Assembly (NCBI GenBank): GCA_964613815.1
Contig: CAZTKG010000003.1
Span: forward strand, 1 to 52,902
Direction: 5' to 3'
Length of the DNA: 52,902 bases
Origin: an uncultured Gammaproteobacteria bacterium
Lineage (GTDB): Bacteria; Patescibacteriota; Patescibacteriia; UBA9934
The notes beneath the pieces were generated by a model. It was not told where the DNA came from, searched no databases, and saw nothing but the letters and a program-made list of their open reading frames with translations. This document shows positions 1 through 9,661 of the stretch, in pieces (the first letter of the stretch is position 1; every line of letters begins with the position of its first letter). A program made the position numbers and the translations under genes.

Positions 1-54
1 TTGACCTGCTGGTGATCTTGGATCCGTGGCAGGCCACGTTGGTCGCGACCGACG

Positions 55-128
55 TGGCAGGGGAGGCGAGAATCGAACTCGCAGTCCGGGTTTTGGAGAC
101 CCGTGGTTTACCATTAACCGACTCCCCT
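55..128 (-). tRNA. trnW: tRNA-Trp (CCA)
   Basis: Reverse complement AGGGGAGTCGGTTAATGGTAAACCACGGGTCTCCAAAACCCGGACTGCGAGTTCGATTCTCGCCTCCCCTGCCA folds as a cloverleaf; anticodon CCA; encoded CCA end. Confidence 0.95.
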
Positions 129-259
129 ATGTGCAGGGATAGTAGCGACTTTCTAGCGGATTTGCAAGCATATCGCCCTGTGACTTGGGTAAGGTTGACA
201 TGATATGATTTTTTCGTTATATTTCCCCTTCTCTTTCCTGTCTTATCCTGGAGATAGAG

Positions 260-712
260 ATGTTACTGACCCCTCTTCAGTGCCAACAAATCGCGACAGA
301 TCTCGACAGGAGCTATCGCGGATGGAGAGAGTTCCCGAATGAGGGTTCGCGGACTCCGCTTATCATCTCCCCGAGTCTGTTTGGACAATACTACATCGTT
401 ATTGACGCGTCGGATGATCGCGTGTTTGACCAGGGCACGCTTTCGATCGCGGACTGGTGGACAGCCCCCGGCGGTGAAGGCGCTTCGATCAAGGCCTGCG
501 CGGATATTCTGGAGAGCCTTCGCACGACGCGTCGGCGCGGATTCCTTCATCTCCACCGTTACGGACAGCACTTTGGGAGCTCTGGGCCTCGCGGAGCTGC
601 TCATGAGTTCTTCACTCACAATCCGCGTGGTAACTCCTACTTCTTTCCGATCTCGGTCTGCCGTGACGGATCTCAGCGCTACCCATGGACCGCTATTCCG
701 CGCCGCATCTAG
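260..712 (+). CDS. hypothetical protein
   Basis: 150 aa ORF with GGAGA RBS and upstream TTGACA, followed by a hairpin/T-run terminator; no family recognised. Confidence 0.6.
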   Translation: MLLTPLQCQQIATDLDRSYRGWREFPNEGSRTPLIISPSLFGQYYIVIDASDDRVFDQGTLSIADWWTAPGGEGASIKACADILESLRTTRRRGFLHLHRYGQHFGSSGPRGAAHEFFTHNPRGNSYFFPISVCRDGSQRYPWTAIPRRI

Positions 713-738
713 CCCCTAGCTTTGCTGGGGTGTTTTTA
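713..738 (+). terminator. intrinsic terminator
   Basis: CCCCTAGC-TTT-GCTGGGG stem followed by TGTTTTT directly after the stop codon. Confidence 0.55.
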
Positions 739-788
739 TCTGCTGGATCTTGTATAGAAAAAACCACCCTTCTTGGGTGGCGCTGACG

Positions 789-1445
789 TCATTGAGATAC
801 GGTGCTCTTGACCCATGGAGCCGGCTTCCAGGAAACCTGATCCGTGGACGATATGATGACCTCAGACGTACACTCAGCTTCCGTCGACCAAACGCTGGGA
901 CACTTCTCGATGAGTTTGACCATGCTCGTGTCGATTGTGAACGGCCCTGCCATTGCTGGGCCCACGAGGATGTACTGACGCGGGTTGATGCCGCCGGTCT
1001 TGTAGATGGCGACGAGCTTCCCTCTTGATTCAGCGAAGCGCGTACGATCTATCGGCTCCATTGGTCCGTTTCCGGTTTTGCGGTAGACGGTGAAGTCGAG
1101 GACGCCGCCCGGCGTACTCAGCATTAGGTCGCCCCAGACGATGTAGATCCCCTCACGGAGCCCACTTCCTGCCGCTCGAGCCTCGAGAGCAAGACCTTGA
1201 TAGGCGACCTTTCCGCCAGCTTCGTCGTAGTGCCACTCCCCTTCTGCGTGATGGACGCTGACAAGGTCGAATGCTGGCCCTGACTTTCCGTTTACGACCA
1301 CTGTTGCTTCGCAATCGTCGTGCGTCGCTCCAGCCCAGGTGACGACGCCGTCTGAACGGCAGGCCCCTGTTATGACCTTGACCGCGGGCGGCGCCGCGAT
1401 TGCGCTGAGCGATATCAGCAGTGCGATGAGGACAAAAAAGTGCAT
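789..1445 (-). CDS. secreted hypothetical protein
   Basis: 218 aa; N-terminal signal peptide (MHFFVLIALLISLSAIA-A); upstream TTGACA promoter. Confidence 0.7.
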   Translation of the reverse strand: MHFFVLIALLISLSAIAAPPAVKVITGACRSDGVVTWAGATHDDCEATVVVNGKSGPAFDLVSVHHAEGEWHYDEAGGKVAYQGLALEARAAGSGLREGIYIVWGDLMLSTPGGVLDFTVYRKTGNGPMEPIDRTRFAESRGKLVAIYKTGGINPRQYILVGPAMAGPFTIDTSMVKLIEKCPSVWSTEAECTSEVIISSTDQVSWKPAPWVKSTVSQ

Positions 1446-1587
1446 TCTCTACCCCTCTTGAGAGAGCGTGATTTCATCATACTTTTTTCTTTTTGTCAAC
1501 TTCACTATGGAGATCCTCTGGGGTTTTATGACCGTGATAAAATACTCCTGACCTGTGCTACACTTGCTCTATATTCACATTTCATTT

Positions 1588-2301
1588 ATGCATAAACCTC
1601 GGCCCGTTTTTTTCCTTGTCGCTGCCATTTGTGTCGCTGTCATTGTCGGCTTGTCCGTTTTTTCGATTACGACGGTACTTAGCATGATCTTTGATGCAGA
1701 TGAGTCTGTATCAGTGACCTCAACTGAGAACGTTGAACAAACGACATATGTCGGCGAGTTACTTGTTACAGGAACGATCTATCATTCTGTCACAGGGGAC
1801 CCCGTGCCAGACATATCCGTTTTTTTTGAGCGTACAAATATTGGAACGCAGACCGATCTCGACGGGGAGTTTGAGCTCTCCTTTACATCAAATAAAGAGC
1901 GCAGCCTCGCATTGACTGGTCAGCACTTCTCTTCTGTTCCGGCAATGCCTGTTTTTCCTGGCGATAATGTTAACATTTTTCTCGAGCCCGCAAATGCAAG
2001 TGGCCATGAACTTATATTCCCGGAAGTTATTTACACCCCGACGAGTGACGGGTCTACCCAGATCGCTGGGCATGTCCTGTATGCCGATACCCTTGCCCCC
2101 GTGGCAGGCGTTACCGTGGCAGGCGGCGCCTTACCAAGCCCTGGTCGCACGGATGCGAATGGGTACTTTTTGGATGAGGTTGAGACCCCAAATGTTCACC
2201 GCTATTATATCGCTTCGACTGATGAAGTCGACTCTAATCGTCTATTTCAGGTCTCTGTTGTTCGCCATCATCGAGCCGAGTTCGTGCTTTTGGTGGAATA
2301 G
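1588..2301 (+). CDS. membrane-anchored protein with carboxypeptidase-regulatory-like (beta-sandwich) domains
   Basis: N-terminal TM helix; two repeats of the pattern VTGTIYHSVTGDPVPDISV...GTQTDLDGEFEL / IAGHVLYADTLAPVAGVTV...GRTDANGYF. Start moved to ATG 1588. Confidence 0.7.
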   Translation: MHKPRPVFFLVAAICVAVIVGLSVFSITTVLSMIFDADESVSVTSTENVEQTTYVGELLVTGTIYHSVTGDPVPDISVFFERTNIGTQTDLDGEFELSFTSNKERSLALTGQHFSSVPAMPVFPGDNVNIFLEPANASGHELIFPEVIYTPTSDGSTQIAGHVLYADTLAPVAGVTVAGGALPSPGRTDANGYFLDEVETPNVHRYYIASTDEVDSNRLFQVSVVRHHRAEFVLLVE

Positions 2302-2358
2302 TTTTTTGCTCAACCGTTCGCAATTTCAAAGAAAAATCCCAGCGTTTGCTGGGCTTGT

Positions 2359-3081
2359 TTATTGATCCGTGCTCGCGCGAACTGCTCTTGTACGATCGAT
2401 TGTGTCGACAACCTCTCTGGCGCTTGCGATCGCCTCTCCGCCGAAGACCTCGATCAGAATCTGGATGTGCGCGTCCGGAATATCGCGGTTGTCGTCCAGC
2501 ATCTCGCCGAGACTGAAGGCGATGTCGACCCTGTCTCGCTCGCAGTCACGTCGCAGTCCACGCAGGATACGCATGATTCGATCAGGCGGAGCGCTCTCTA
2601 CGTGCTCCAGCAGCTCGTCCACGCGCATGAGCGCTTCGTATGGGCAGGCGTTGCGCAGCCCTTCGAATCCTTCGATGGCGAACCTGTCGCTTCTCATGAC
2701 ATCGAGCCAGAATGCCTCGATGTCATCGTCGTCCTCTACGGCACTTGAGATGTCCCACAGCGCCGGTATGACCATGATCTGCTCGATGACGGCATCGTCT
2801 GCGGCGAGATTGAAGAGCTCGACGAGCACCGGCCAGAGCTCTGCCGGATGGAATAGGCTCGCGAGGTCGAGGCAGCGAATGAGCTGGTCTCGCTCCCCTA
2901 CCTCTGTCGCTGTCAGGATGAGGCCTGCGAGCAGATCCACCGCCTCGTGCGGTCGTCCGTTTGCATGGAAAAGAGCGCTCAGGACCACTTGAGGTGCTTG
3001 ACGCTCACGCGAGATCACGACGCCGATGCTCTCGTCGCCTGTCTCTACCCACCGTCTCATGGCGCGTTCGAGTTCCAACAT
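2359..3081 (-). CDS. hypothetical acidic alpha-helical protein
   Basis: Long ORF with AGGAGG RBS before ATG 3081; no family recognised. Confidence 0.65.
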   Translation of the reverse strand: MLELERAMRRWVETGDESIGVVISRERQAPQVVLSALFHANGRPHEAVDLLAGLILTATEVGERDQLIRCLDLASLFHPAELWPVLVELFNLAADDAVIEQIMVIPALWDISSAVEDDDDIEAFWLDVMRSDRFAIEGFEGLRNACPYEALMRVDELLEHVESAPPDRIMRILRGLRRDCERDRVDIAFSLGEMLDDNRDIPDAHIQILIEVFGGEAIASAREVVDTIDRTRAVRASTDQ

Positions 3082-3172
3082 GCTGACCTCCTGGATGTGC
3101 ATGCTGGGGTGTTTTAGCATGTTTTTGTGGCTTTTGGAAGGGGCGTGTCTTGGTCTGATAAGATGCGGGCAT

Positions 3173-3706
3173 ATGAAGAAACGGAATGTGGAAATTAAGG
3201 CTCGGTCTTCGCGAGCTCGTCATGATGCCATTCGCGACACTCTTCGCTGTCATGGCGCGTATCTTGATCGCGCAGAGCACCAGATTGATACCTATCTTTG
3301 TTGTCCTCGTGGGCGGTTGAAGTTACGAGAGCTTGATGGGGACATGAGCCTGATCTTTTACGAGCGCGCAAATCAAAAAGGACCCAAGCAATCTGATTTT
3401 TCGTTTTATCGCTCGGTTCATCATCCGGACTTGAAAGCGGTGCTTGAGCGGGCTTATGGGGTTTTTGTTGTGGTTGATAAGGAGCGTGAGATTTGGCGGT
3501 ATGAGCATGTGACGATTCACTTGGATGAGGTGAAGGGGCTTGGGGCGTTTGTGGAAATTGAGGTTTTGGATGCTTCCGGTGAGGTAGATTTAGAACACCT
3601 TCAACACCGGTGCGACACATATATTTCCTTACTGGGGATTTCTTCTGACGACCTTTTGGAAACGTCATATAGCGACCTGTTGAGCCCGAGGCTTGATGCG
3701 ACTTAG
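3173..3706 (+). CDS. CYTH-domain protein (class IV adenylate cyclase-like)
   Basis: ExExK-like NVEIKAR motif, QIDTYL, RLKLRE, KEREIW, LDEVKGLGAFVEIEV, SYSDLL. Confidence 0.9.
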   Translation: MKKRNVEIKARSSRARHDAIRDTLRCHGAYLDRAEHQIDTYLCCPRGRLKLRELDGDMSLIFYERANQKGPKQSDFSFYRSVHHPDLKAVLERAYGVFVVVDKEREIWRYEHVTIHLDEVKGLGAFVEIEVLDASGEVDLEHLQHRCDTYISLLGISSDDLLETSYSDLLSPRLDAT

Positions 3707-3793
3707 GCAATATTTTCAAAACGAAATAGCCCCGGCCGCGTACTAGGTACGTGGACCGGGGCTTGATGATGAGGCGCGAGGCGATCAGGAGGA

Positions 3794-4312
3794 CTACACT
3801 GCCTGCTGACGAGCGGCTTCGATGCGGTTTACGACGCCACTGTGGCTCCCTACGTAGCCGAGCTCCTTGGACATCTTGATGCAGTCGGGCCGCTTGCGCT
3901 CGTAGACGACCTGCATCCATCCCGTGACCTCAGGCGACACCTGGTGGTCGAGACGCTCGAAGAGGCGATGCCAGGGCTGGAGCATACACCACAATCGCGG
4001 CGCGTCTTCCTGCTCCCGGTGCGGATCCGCCTCCTTGTCGTATTCGTTGAGCCGCGCAGCGAGGTAGACGTTCTCTTCGCCGACGATATCGACCCACCAC
4101 TTGTCGGTCGGGCAGATCCTTCGGCGCGTCGTCACGACGACCACAGTATGACCATCGGCGACGGCGGCCTCGAGGGCGCCGGAGCTGTAGAAGCAGGTTC
4201 CGTCGTCCAGAATGCCATTCGGGACGGGCTGGAGCGGTGCGGCGTCATCGGGACGGAAGGTGAACTGAATGTCGGTCGTTGAGAACACGACGACGGTTTC
4301 GGGGGCGTTCAT
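3794..4312 (-). CDS. hypothetical protein
   Basis: ORF with GC-rich codon bias and an upstream consensus promoter (TTGACA-N17-TATAGT); start placed at ATG 4312. Confidence 0.6.
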   Translation of the reverse strand: MNAPETVVVFSTTDIQFTFRPDDAAPLQPVPNGILDDGTCFYSSGALEAAVADGHTVVVVTTRRRICPTDKWWVDIVGEENVYLAARLNEYDKEADPHREQEDAPRLWCMLQPWHRLFERLDHQVSPEVTGWMQVVYERKRPDCIKMSKELGYVGSHSGVVNRIEAARQQAV

Positions 4313-4503
4313 TGGGGCTCCTGGGGTGAATTGAGGCGAGACGGGTGTCTCATATAATGAACGCGTAACTATAGCATAAAAATCGGGTTTTGTCAATAGT
4401 TATTGGCTAATATTAGTTATATTTTCTTCTCATTGCTCGATATTCTTGATTTTTGCTCCTGATCTTGATATTCTTGAACTAATTAATTAACTCATTAGTT
4501 CAT

Positions 4504-4773
4504 ATGACTAAGCTCATTGATGCCCTCACTGCGCGTACACGGTTCGGCGAACTTATGGAGAAGGCGGTTACGCATCGGACACGGTTCTTGGTTAGCCGTC
4601 GTGGAAAACCCAAGGTTATTGTTATGAGTGTGGACGATTATTTGGAAAATATTCTTCAACGCTCCTCGCTTTTGGCAGAAATTCAATCCAGTGCCGGAAA
4701 AGCTGGCTTGGATTCGATGACACTTGAAGAGATCAATGCGGAAATCTCTGCTGCTCGCAAAGACGCTGACTAG
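4504..4773 (+). CDS. Phd/YefM-family type II antitoxin
   Basis: ALTARTRFGELM...FLVSRRGKPKVIVMSVDDY pattern; directly upstream of a PIN toxin. Confidence 0.85.
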   Translation: MTKLIDALTARTRFGELMEKAVTHRTRFLVSRRGKPKVIVMSVDDYLENILQRSSLLAEIQSSAGKAGLDSMTLEEINAEISAARKDAD

Positions 4774-4776
4774 CGT

Positions 4777-5205
4777 ATGATCCGCGTCGTTCTTGATACC
4801 AATGTGCTTGTCTCGGCGCTCATCTCCCGGAAAGGCGCTCCTGCTCAGGTTCTGGATCTTATTGAAAATGAAGGAGTCGCCCTCATTCTAAGTGAAGAGA
4901 TTTTTTCCGAATATGACGCTGTGCTTGCGCGAGAGAAGTTCTCTTCCCTGCCACGTGTGAAGGTTTTGAAACTGTTGAAGCGCTTGCGCGTGCTTTCGGA
5001 GAATGTCAAACCTGCCGTCATTCCTCGAACCTCTCCCGATCCTGCAGATGATAAATTTCTTGCCGCCAGCCTTTCTGGTGAAGCGGATTATTTGGTTACG
5101 GGAAATTTGAAGCATTTTCCAAAAACGTTTCGTGGAGCTCGTATTCTTTCTCCAAACCAATTTCTTGATGCCGCTATGCAAGACGTCTTGAAGAGACTGC
5201 ATTAG
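4777..5205 (+). CDS. PIN-domain putative toxin
   Basis: RVVLDTNVLVSAL, DPADDKFLAASLSGEADYLVTGNLKHF motifs. Confidence 0.9.
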   Translation: MIRVVLDTNVLVSALISRKGAPAQVLDLIENEGVALILSEEIFSEYDAVLAREKFSSLPRVKVLKLLKRLRVLSENVKPAVIPRTSPDPADDKFLAASLSGEADYLVTGNLKHFPKTFRGARILSPNQFLDAAMQDVLKRLH

Positions 5206-5228
5206 CCTATATCACCATACATTTTCCT

Positions 5229-6974
5229 ATGCTCTATCAATTACTTTCTGCCATTTCTGATGAACAACTGCCTTTAGTTGGAGGAAAGGCCGCTTCGCTT
5301 GTGATGATGTTGCGGCAGAATCTCCCCGTACCTGACGGGTTTGTGGTTTTTACTGATGATCATCTTGATGCCGGCTCCGTGATGCCTGGACTTGATCATC
5401 TTGGTGGCGAGCGCTTTGCTGTGCGATCGAGTGCTGGGTGTGAGGATGGCTCGAAAGCTAGTTGGGCCGGGCAGTTTGAGACGTATTTGAACGTGCCGCG
5501 TGCGGAGGTTTTGCGGAGAATTGATGATTGTCGAGCGTCTGCTGGCGGGGAGCGGGCAGTTGCGTATGCGGCGGAGCATGGGGTGGACCCGGGGGATATT
5601 CGGATGAGTGTTTTGGTGCAGAAGATGGTGGATAGTGAGGCGGCTGGAGTGGCGTTTTCTGCGCATCCGGTGACGCAGCGGAGGGATGAGATGGTTATTG
5701 AGGGAGCTCGCGGGCTTGGGGATAAGGTTGTTTCTGGGGAGGTGACGCCGGATCGGTTTGTGGTTCGTGGGGGTGAGATTGTTGAGCGGATGGTTTCTGA
5801 TGTCGCTGCGCTGGGTGATGATCAGGTGCTTGAACTTACGGATCTTGTTCGGCGGATTGAAAAGTTTTACGGCTTTCCGGTAGATGTGGAGTGGGCGTTT
5901 GCTGATGGACAGTTTTTTGTTCTTCAGAGTCGGCCGATTACGACGCTTTCTGATGAACCCGTTCGGACGTTTACCAAGCTGTACACTCGCGAGCATGAAC
6001 TCTTTTTTGCGGATGCTTGGCGGAAGAGTAATTTGGAGGATATGCGGGAGCGGTGGAATCTTCGGGTGGATAACGTCCTGTTTATTCATCAGCCCGGGTC
6101 GCTTTTGACGAGTACTTGGTATGACTTGTCTGAGCCGTTTCCGACGTATATTTTTGATAATTTGTTTCGGGATGAGAGGTATTTTGATCGGCTTGTCTCG
6201 GTTTATGAGGAGAACTGGGCGGTTTTGAAGCCTTATCTTGATGAGGTGAAGGGCATTGATGATCAGGAGGGGCTTGTGGCTTATTTGGATGCTTGGGTGA
6301 AATGGTGGTCGCCGATGGCTACGCTTTTGATGATTCCTGATATTGAAGGGGTGCCTGAGCGGATGAAGGCGAAGGCGACTCAGCTTCGGGATCGGGATCA
6401 GGAGTATTCGGATTCTGGGACGGAGCCGGTAATGGCGTATATGCGCTCTCGGTATTTTGGGGTTTCTGATGTTTTCTCGCTACTGCTTGTGGATGAGATG
6501 GTTCGGTTTGGGGAGTTGAACGAGAAGGAGCTTGATGATATTCGAGATCGGAAGGATGGAGTTGCGCTTTTTAATGATCAGCTCGTGTCGCTTCGAGATC
6601 TTGATGAGGCGTTGCGCGAGGCTCGGTTTGCTTTGAGGAAAGCTGATAGCGATGGTGATGTTCGGGGGACGTGCGCGCATCCTGGGGTTGTGCGCGGGAA
6701 GGTGCGGGTGATTATGTTGAAATCTGAGATTGATCGCTTGGAGGCGGGAGAGATTTTGGTGACACCGATGACGTCGCCGGACTTTGTGCGGGCGATGGAT
6801 CGATGTGCGGCGATTGTGACGGATGAAGGAGGGATTACGTGTCATGCGGCGATTGTGGCGCGGGAGATTGGGAAGCCTTGTGTGATTGGGACGCAGAATG
6901 CGACGGAGGTGCTGAAGACTGGGGATGCGGTGGAGGTGGATGCGATAAATGGGGCTGTGCGGCGGGTTGAATAG
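5229..6974 (+). CDS. PEP/pyruvate-binding (PPDK_N) + PEP-utilising phosphohistidine swivel domain protein
   Basis: VGGKAASL, FAVRSSAGCEDG...SWAGQFETYLNV, DVEWA...LQSRPIT at the N-terminus; TDEGGITCHAAIVARE at the C-terminus; no pyruvate-binding TIM barrel. Confidence 0.85.
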   Translation: MLYQLLSAISDEQLPLVGGKAASLVMMLRQNLPVPDGFVVFTDDHLDAGSVMPGLDHLGGERFAVRSSAGCEDGSKASWAGQFETYLNVPRAEVLRRIDDCRASAGGERAVAYAAEHGVDPGDIRMSVLVQKMVDSEAAGVAFSAHPVTQRRDEMVIEGARGLGDKVVSGEVTPDRFVVRGGEIVERMVSDVAALGDDQVLELTDLVRRIEKFYGFPVDVEWAFADGQFFVLQSRPITTLSDEPVRTFTKLYTREHELFFADAWRKSNLEDMRERWNLRVDNVLFIHQPGSLLTSTWYDLSEPFPTYIFDNLFRDERYFDRLVSVYEENWAVLKPYLDEVKGIDDQEGLVAYLDAWVKWWSPMATLLMIPDIEGVPERMKAKATQLRDRDQEYSDSGTEPVMAYMRSRYFGVSDVFSLLLVDEMVRFGELNEKELDDIRDRKDGVALFNDQLVSLRDLDEALREARFALRKADSDGDVRGTCAHPGVVRGKVRVIMLKSEIDRLEAGEILVTPMTSPDFVRAMDRCAAIVTDEGGITCHAAIVAREIGKPCVIGTQNATEVLKTGDAVEVDAINGAVRRVE

Positions 6975-7007
6975 CTGTTAGAATCGAAGGGTTCTTTTGG
7001 AGGTAGC

Positions 7008-7796
7008 GTGAGTTTTTCTCAGATTCCTTACGATGAAGTCTTTGGCTATTCTTCTGACGAGCTGACTCGACTTGGGTGTCAGCATGAGTTGTTCCTGCCG
7101 TTTATGCGTGAGCATCTTGGGCGTGCCGGGATCAAGTCTACGGATACGGTTTTGGACCTCGGTTGCGGGCCTGGGTTTACGACGGTTACGCTTGCGCGCT
7201 TGGCGAAGCATGTCATTGCGCTTGATCGTGATCCATCGTCTCTTGCTGCGGCGAAGGCGCTCGTGAACCATCACAAGCTCTCGAATGTGACGTTTCTGGA
7301 CCCCTGCGAAGCACACGAGCTTCGCAGCCTCCCCTCCCCTGTCTCGTTTGTGTATATTCGCTGGATGTTGTGCTATCTGCATCCGCGGCTGGTCTTGCAG
7401 CTTTTGATGAATATGCACAACCTTCTGGGTGCGCGTGGCAAGATTGTGATCCAGGACTTCACGCAGTATGCAGATGTGATGACCTACCCGCAGCGCAGCG
7501 CAGTGACTCGTCGCCTGGAGACGATTCAGGCCGGCATTGCGAATCCGAATGTTGGGGATACGCTTGGGACGCTGCTGACGTCGATTGGATTTCGCGTGAT
7601 GTTTGATCGTGAGCTTCGGCTTTCGATCGCGCGGCCGTCTCGGCTGTGGGCATGGCCGGATGAGTTTTTGCGACTGCATGGGCCTGTAGAGGGAGATCGC
7701 GGGATCTTTCTGCGGGACTGGGATGCGATCTGCGCGAATCCGCATGCCGTGTTTCATGCGTGGCCGATCCGGCGGATTGCGGCGTTTAAGGTGTAG
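7008..7796 (+). CDS. class I SAM-dependent methyltransferase
   Basis: VLDLGCGPG motif I, VIALD, YIRWMLCYL; GGAGGT RBS and GTG start. Confidence 0.85.
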   Translation: MSFSQIPYDEVFGYSSDELTRLGCQHELFLPFMREHLGRAGIKSTDTVLDLGCGPGFTTVTLARLAKHVIALDRDPSSLAAAKALVNHHKLSNVTFLDPCEAHELRSLPSPVSFVYIRWMLCYLHPRLVLQLLMNMHNLLGARGKIVIQDFTQYADVMTYPQRSAVTRRLETIQAGIANPNVGDTLGTLLTSIGFRVMFDRELRLSIARPSRLWAWPDEFLRLHGPVEGDRGIFLRDWDAICANPHAVFHAWPIRRIAAFKV

Positions 7797-7864
7797 TACT
7801 CGGCGTTTCTGGCGCTGAGTTTTTTTTGTTTCCGCAACCTGCACCTCGCTTCGGCGGGGTGTGT

Positions 7865-9661
7865 TTATTTTTTCATTTGTTCTCGAAGAGTGTCTATTTG
7901 CTCCTGGGCTTTGATCCATTGCTTTTCTAGAGTTTTGATCTCTTCTTCGACCTCTGCGAGTCGCTTTGCTCTTGGCGGCGAATAGTCAGACTGGTTTTCG
8001 AAAAAGTAGGCGAGGATTTCGCTTTTTTCTTTTTCTAATGTTTCCACTGTCTTTTCGATTCGTGTTCCGGCTCGTTGATGCTCTCTTATTCTTGCTCTGT
8101 GTTCGGCTCTCAGGATGCCGTCTTTCTTTTGTTCTTTTGGCGGCGCGATGATTTCTTCGATGGATTCTGCCATGCCGGCAGCGACGTCTTCGACGTATTC
8201 TTCGTAGGCTCCGATGTAGTGCCTTAGCGTGCCGCTTCTGACTTCGAAAACCTTGTCTGCGAGTGCATTTACGAATGTTCTTGCGTGAGAGACGAAGATG
8301 ATTGTGCCGGTGTATGCCTTTAGGGCGAGAGCGAGAGCCTCTGTGGTTTCAACGTCGAGGTGGTTTGTGGGCTCGTCGAGGATGAGGACGTTGTGCTCGT
8401 GCAATAGGACGCCGGCGAGACAGAGTCTTGCGCGTTCGCCTCCGGAGAGGACGCTGGTTGATTTGTCGAGATCGTCTCCGCGGAAGAGAAAGTCGCCGGC
8501 CATCATCAAAATTCGTTCTGCTGATGCGCTTTGTGGCGCCATTCTGGTGAGGTGCTGGAGGACGGTTTCGGACTTGATGAGGGAGGCTTCGGTTTTTTGA
8601 TCGTAGTAGCCGATGTCGGCGCGGTGCCACCATTTGTATTTGCCGTCTAGGTTTTTGATTTTTCCTGCGATCGTCTTGAGGAATGTCGACTTTCCTTGGC
8701 CGTTTTCTCCTGCGATGACGATCTTTTCGCCTCGGATGATTTCGATGTCGATGTTCTTTGCGACAGTGTAGTCTGGGTAGCCGATGATGAGGTCAGAAAC
8801 TGATAGCGCTGTTCCTGCCACGAATCTTGGGGATGGGATGTTGATGGATGTTTTGGCGAGATCTGCGTCGATGTTCGCGATCTTTCCTTTGAGTTTTTTG
8901 ATGCGCTTGATCTTGCTTTGCGCGCGGGATGCGAGACTGGACTTGTAGCGGAATCTGTCGACGAATGCTTGTTGGTGCGCGATTTGTTTGGCGAGTTTTT
9001 TGTTTGTTCGCAGTTGAAATTCTCGTTGCTCGTGTTTGAATTTTAGATAATCCCCTACGGTTCCCTTGTACGTCGTGAGTTTGCCGCGTTCGATTTCGTA
9101 GGTGTGGTCGCAGGTGTTTTGGAGGAAGGTTCTGTCGTGGGCAGCGATGATGAAGGAGCCTTTGTAGGACTGGAGGAAGCGCTCGAGGAGGAGGAGCGTT
9201 TGGAGGTCGAGGTAGTTTACGGGTTCGTCGAGGAGGAGGATGTTTGGCTCGTCGAGGAGCATGGCGATGAGCTTGATGCGCATTTGGTATCCGCCGGAGA
9301 GGTCTGATGGAGCTTGTGCGAGATGGTCTTTGTGGACACCGAACTCTGCGGCCTGCTTTTGGACTTCCCACTCCTGTTTTTTTGATGTTTGTGTGAGGAA
9401 TTCTAACGCTGTGCAGTTTGATGGGAGTTCTTCGTGTTGCTTGACGATGCCTAATCGTGCTTTGGCGTACATCTTGACCTCTCCCGCATCCGCTTCTTCT
9501 GCGCCGGTGATGATCTTTAATAACGTCGACTTCCCTGCCCCGTTTCGGCCGATGAGGGCGATTTTTTGTTTTTCGGATATCAAAAAGGACAAGTCATTTA
9601 CCACGACTTGGAGTCCGTAGCTCTTTTTGAGTGACCTCCCTTCAATGAGTGGTAGCGGCAT
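7865..9661 (-). CDS. ABC-F family ATP-binding protein
   Basis: Two ATPase domains (GRNGAGKS, LSGGYQMR, LLLDEPVN; GENGQGKS, LSGGERAR, LILDEPTNHLD), no TM segments, C-terminal coiled coil. Confidence 0.93.
   Translation of the reverse strand: MPLPLIEGRSLKKSYGLQVVVNDLSFLISEKQKIALIGRNGAGKSTLLKIITGAEEADAGEVKMYAKARLGIVKQHEELPSNCTALEFLTQTSKKQEWEVQKQAAEFGVHKDHLAQAPSDLSGGYQMRIKLIAMLLDEPNILLLDEPVNYLDLQTLLLLERFLQSYKGSFIIAAHDRTFLQNTCDHTYEIERGKLTTYKGTVGDYLKFKHEQREFQLRTNKKLAKQIAHQQAFVDRFRYKSSLASRAQSKIKRIKKLKGKIANIDADLAKTSINIPSPRFVAGTALSVSDLIIGYPDYTVAKNIDIEIIRGEKIVIAGENGQGKSTFLKTIAGKIKNLDGKYKWWHRADIGYYDQKTEASLIKSETVLQHLTRMAPQSASAERILMMAGDFLFRGDDLDKSTSVLSGGERARLCLAGVLLHEHNVLILDEPTNHLDVETTEALALALKAYTGTIIFVSHARTFVNALADKVFEVRSGTLRHYIGAYEEYVEDVAAGMAESIEEIIAPPKEQKKDGILRAEHRARIREHQRAGTRIEKTVETLEKEKSEILAYFFENQSDYSPPRAKRLAEVEEEIKTLEKQWIKAQEQIDTLREQMKK

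Noticed and set aside
1-61. GTGGCAGG repeated at 26-33 and at the tRNA-Trp 3' end as a possible att site
   Set aside because: Only 8 bp, no integrase nearby, and it lies at the window edge.
260-712. HLH motif suggesting a JAB/MPN metalloprotease
   Set aside because: No downstream S-x-x-D and no clear upstream Glu; insufficient support.
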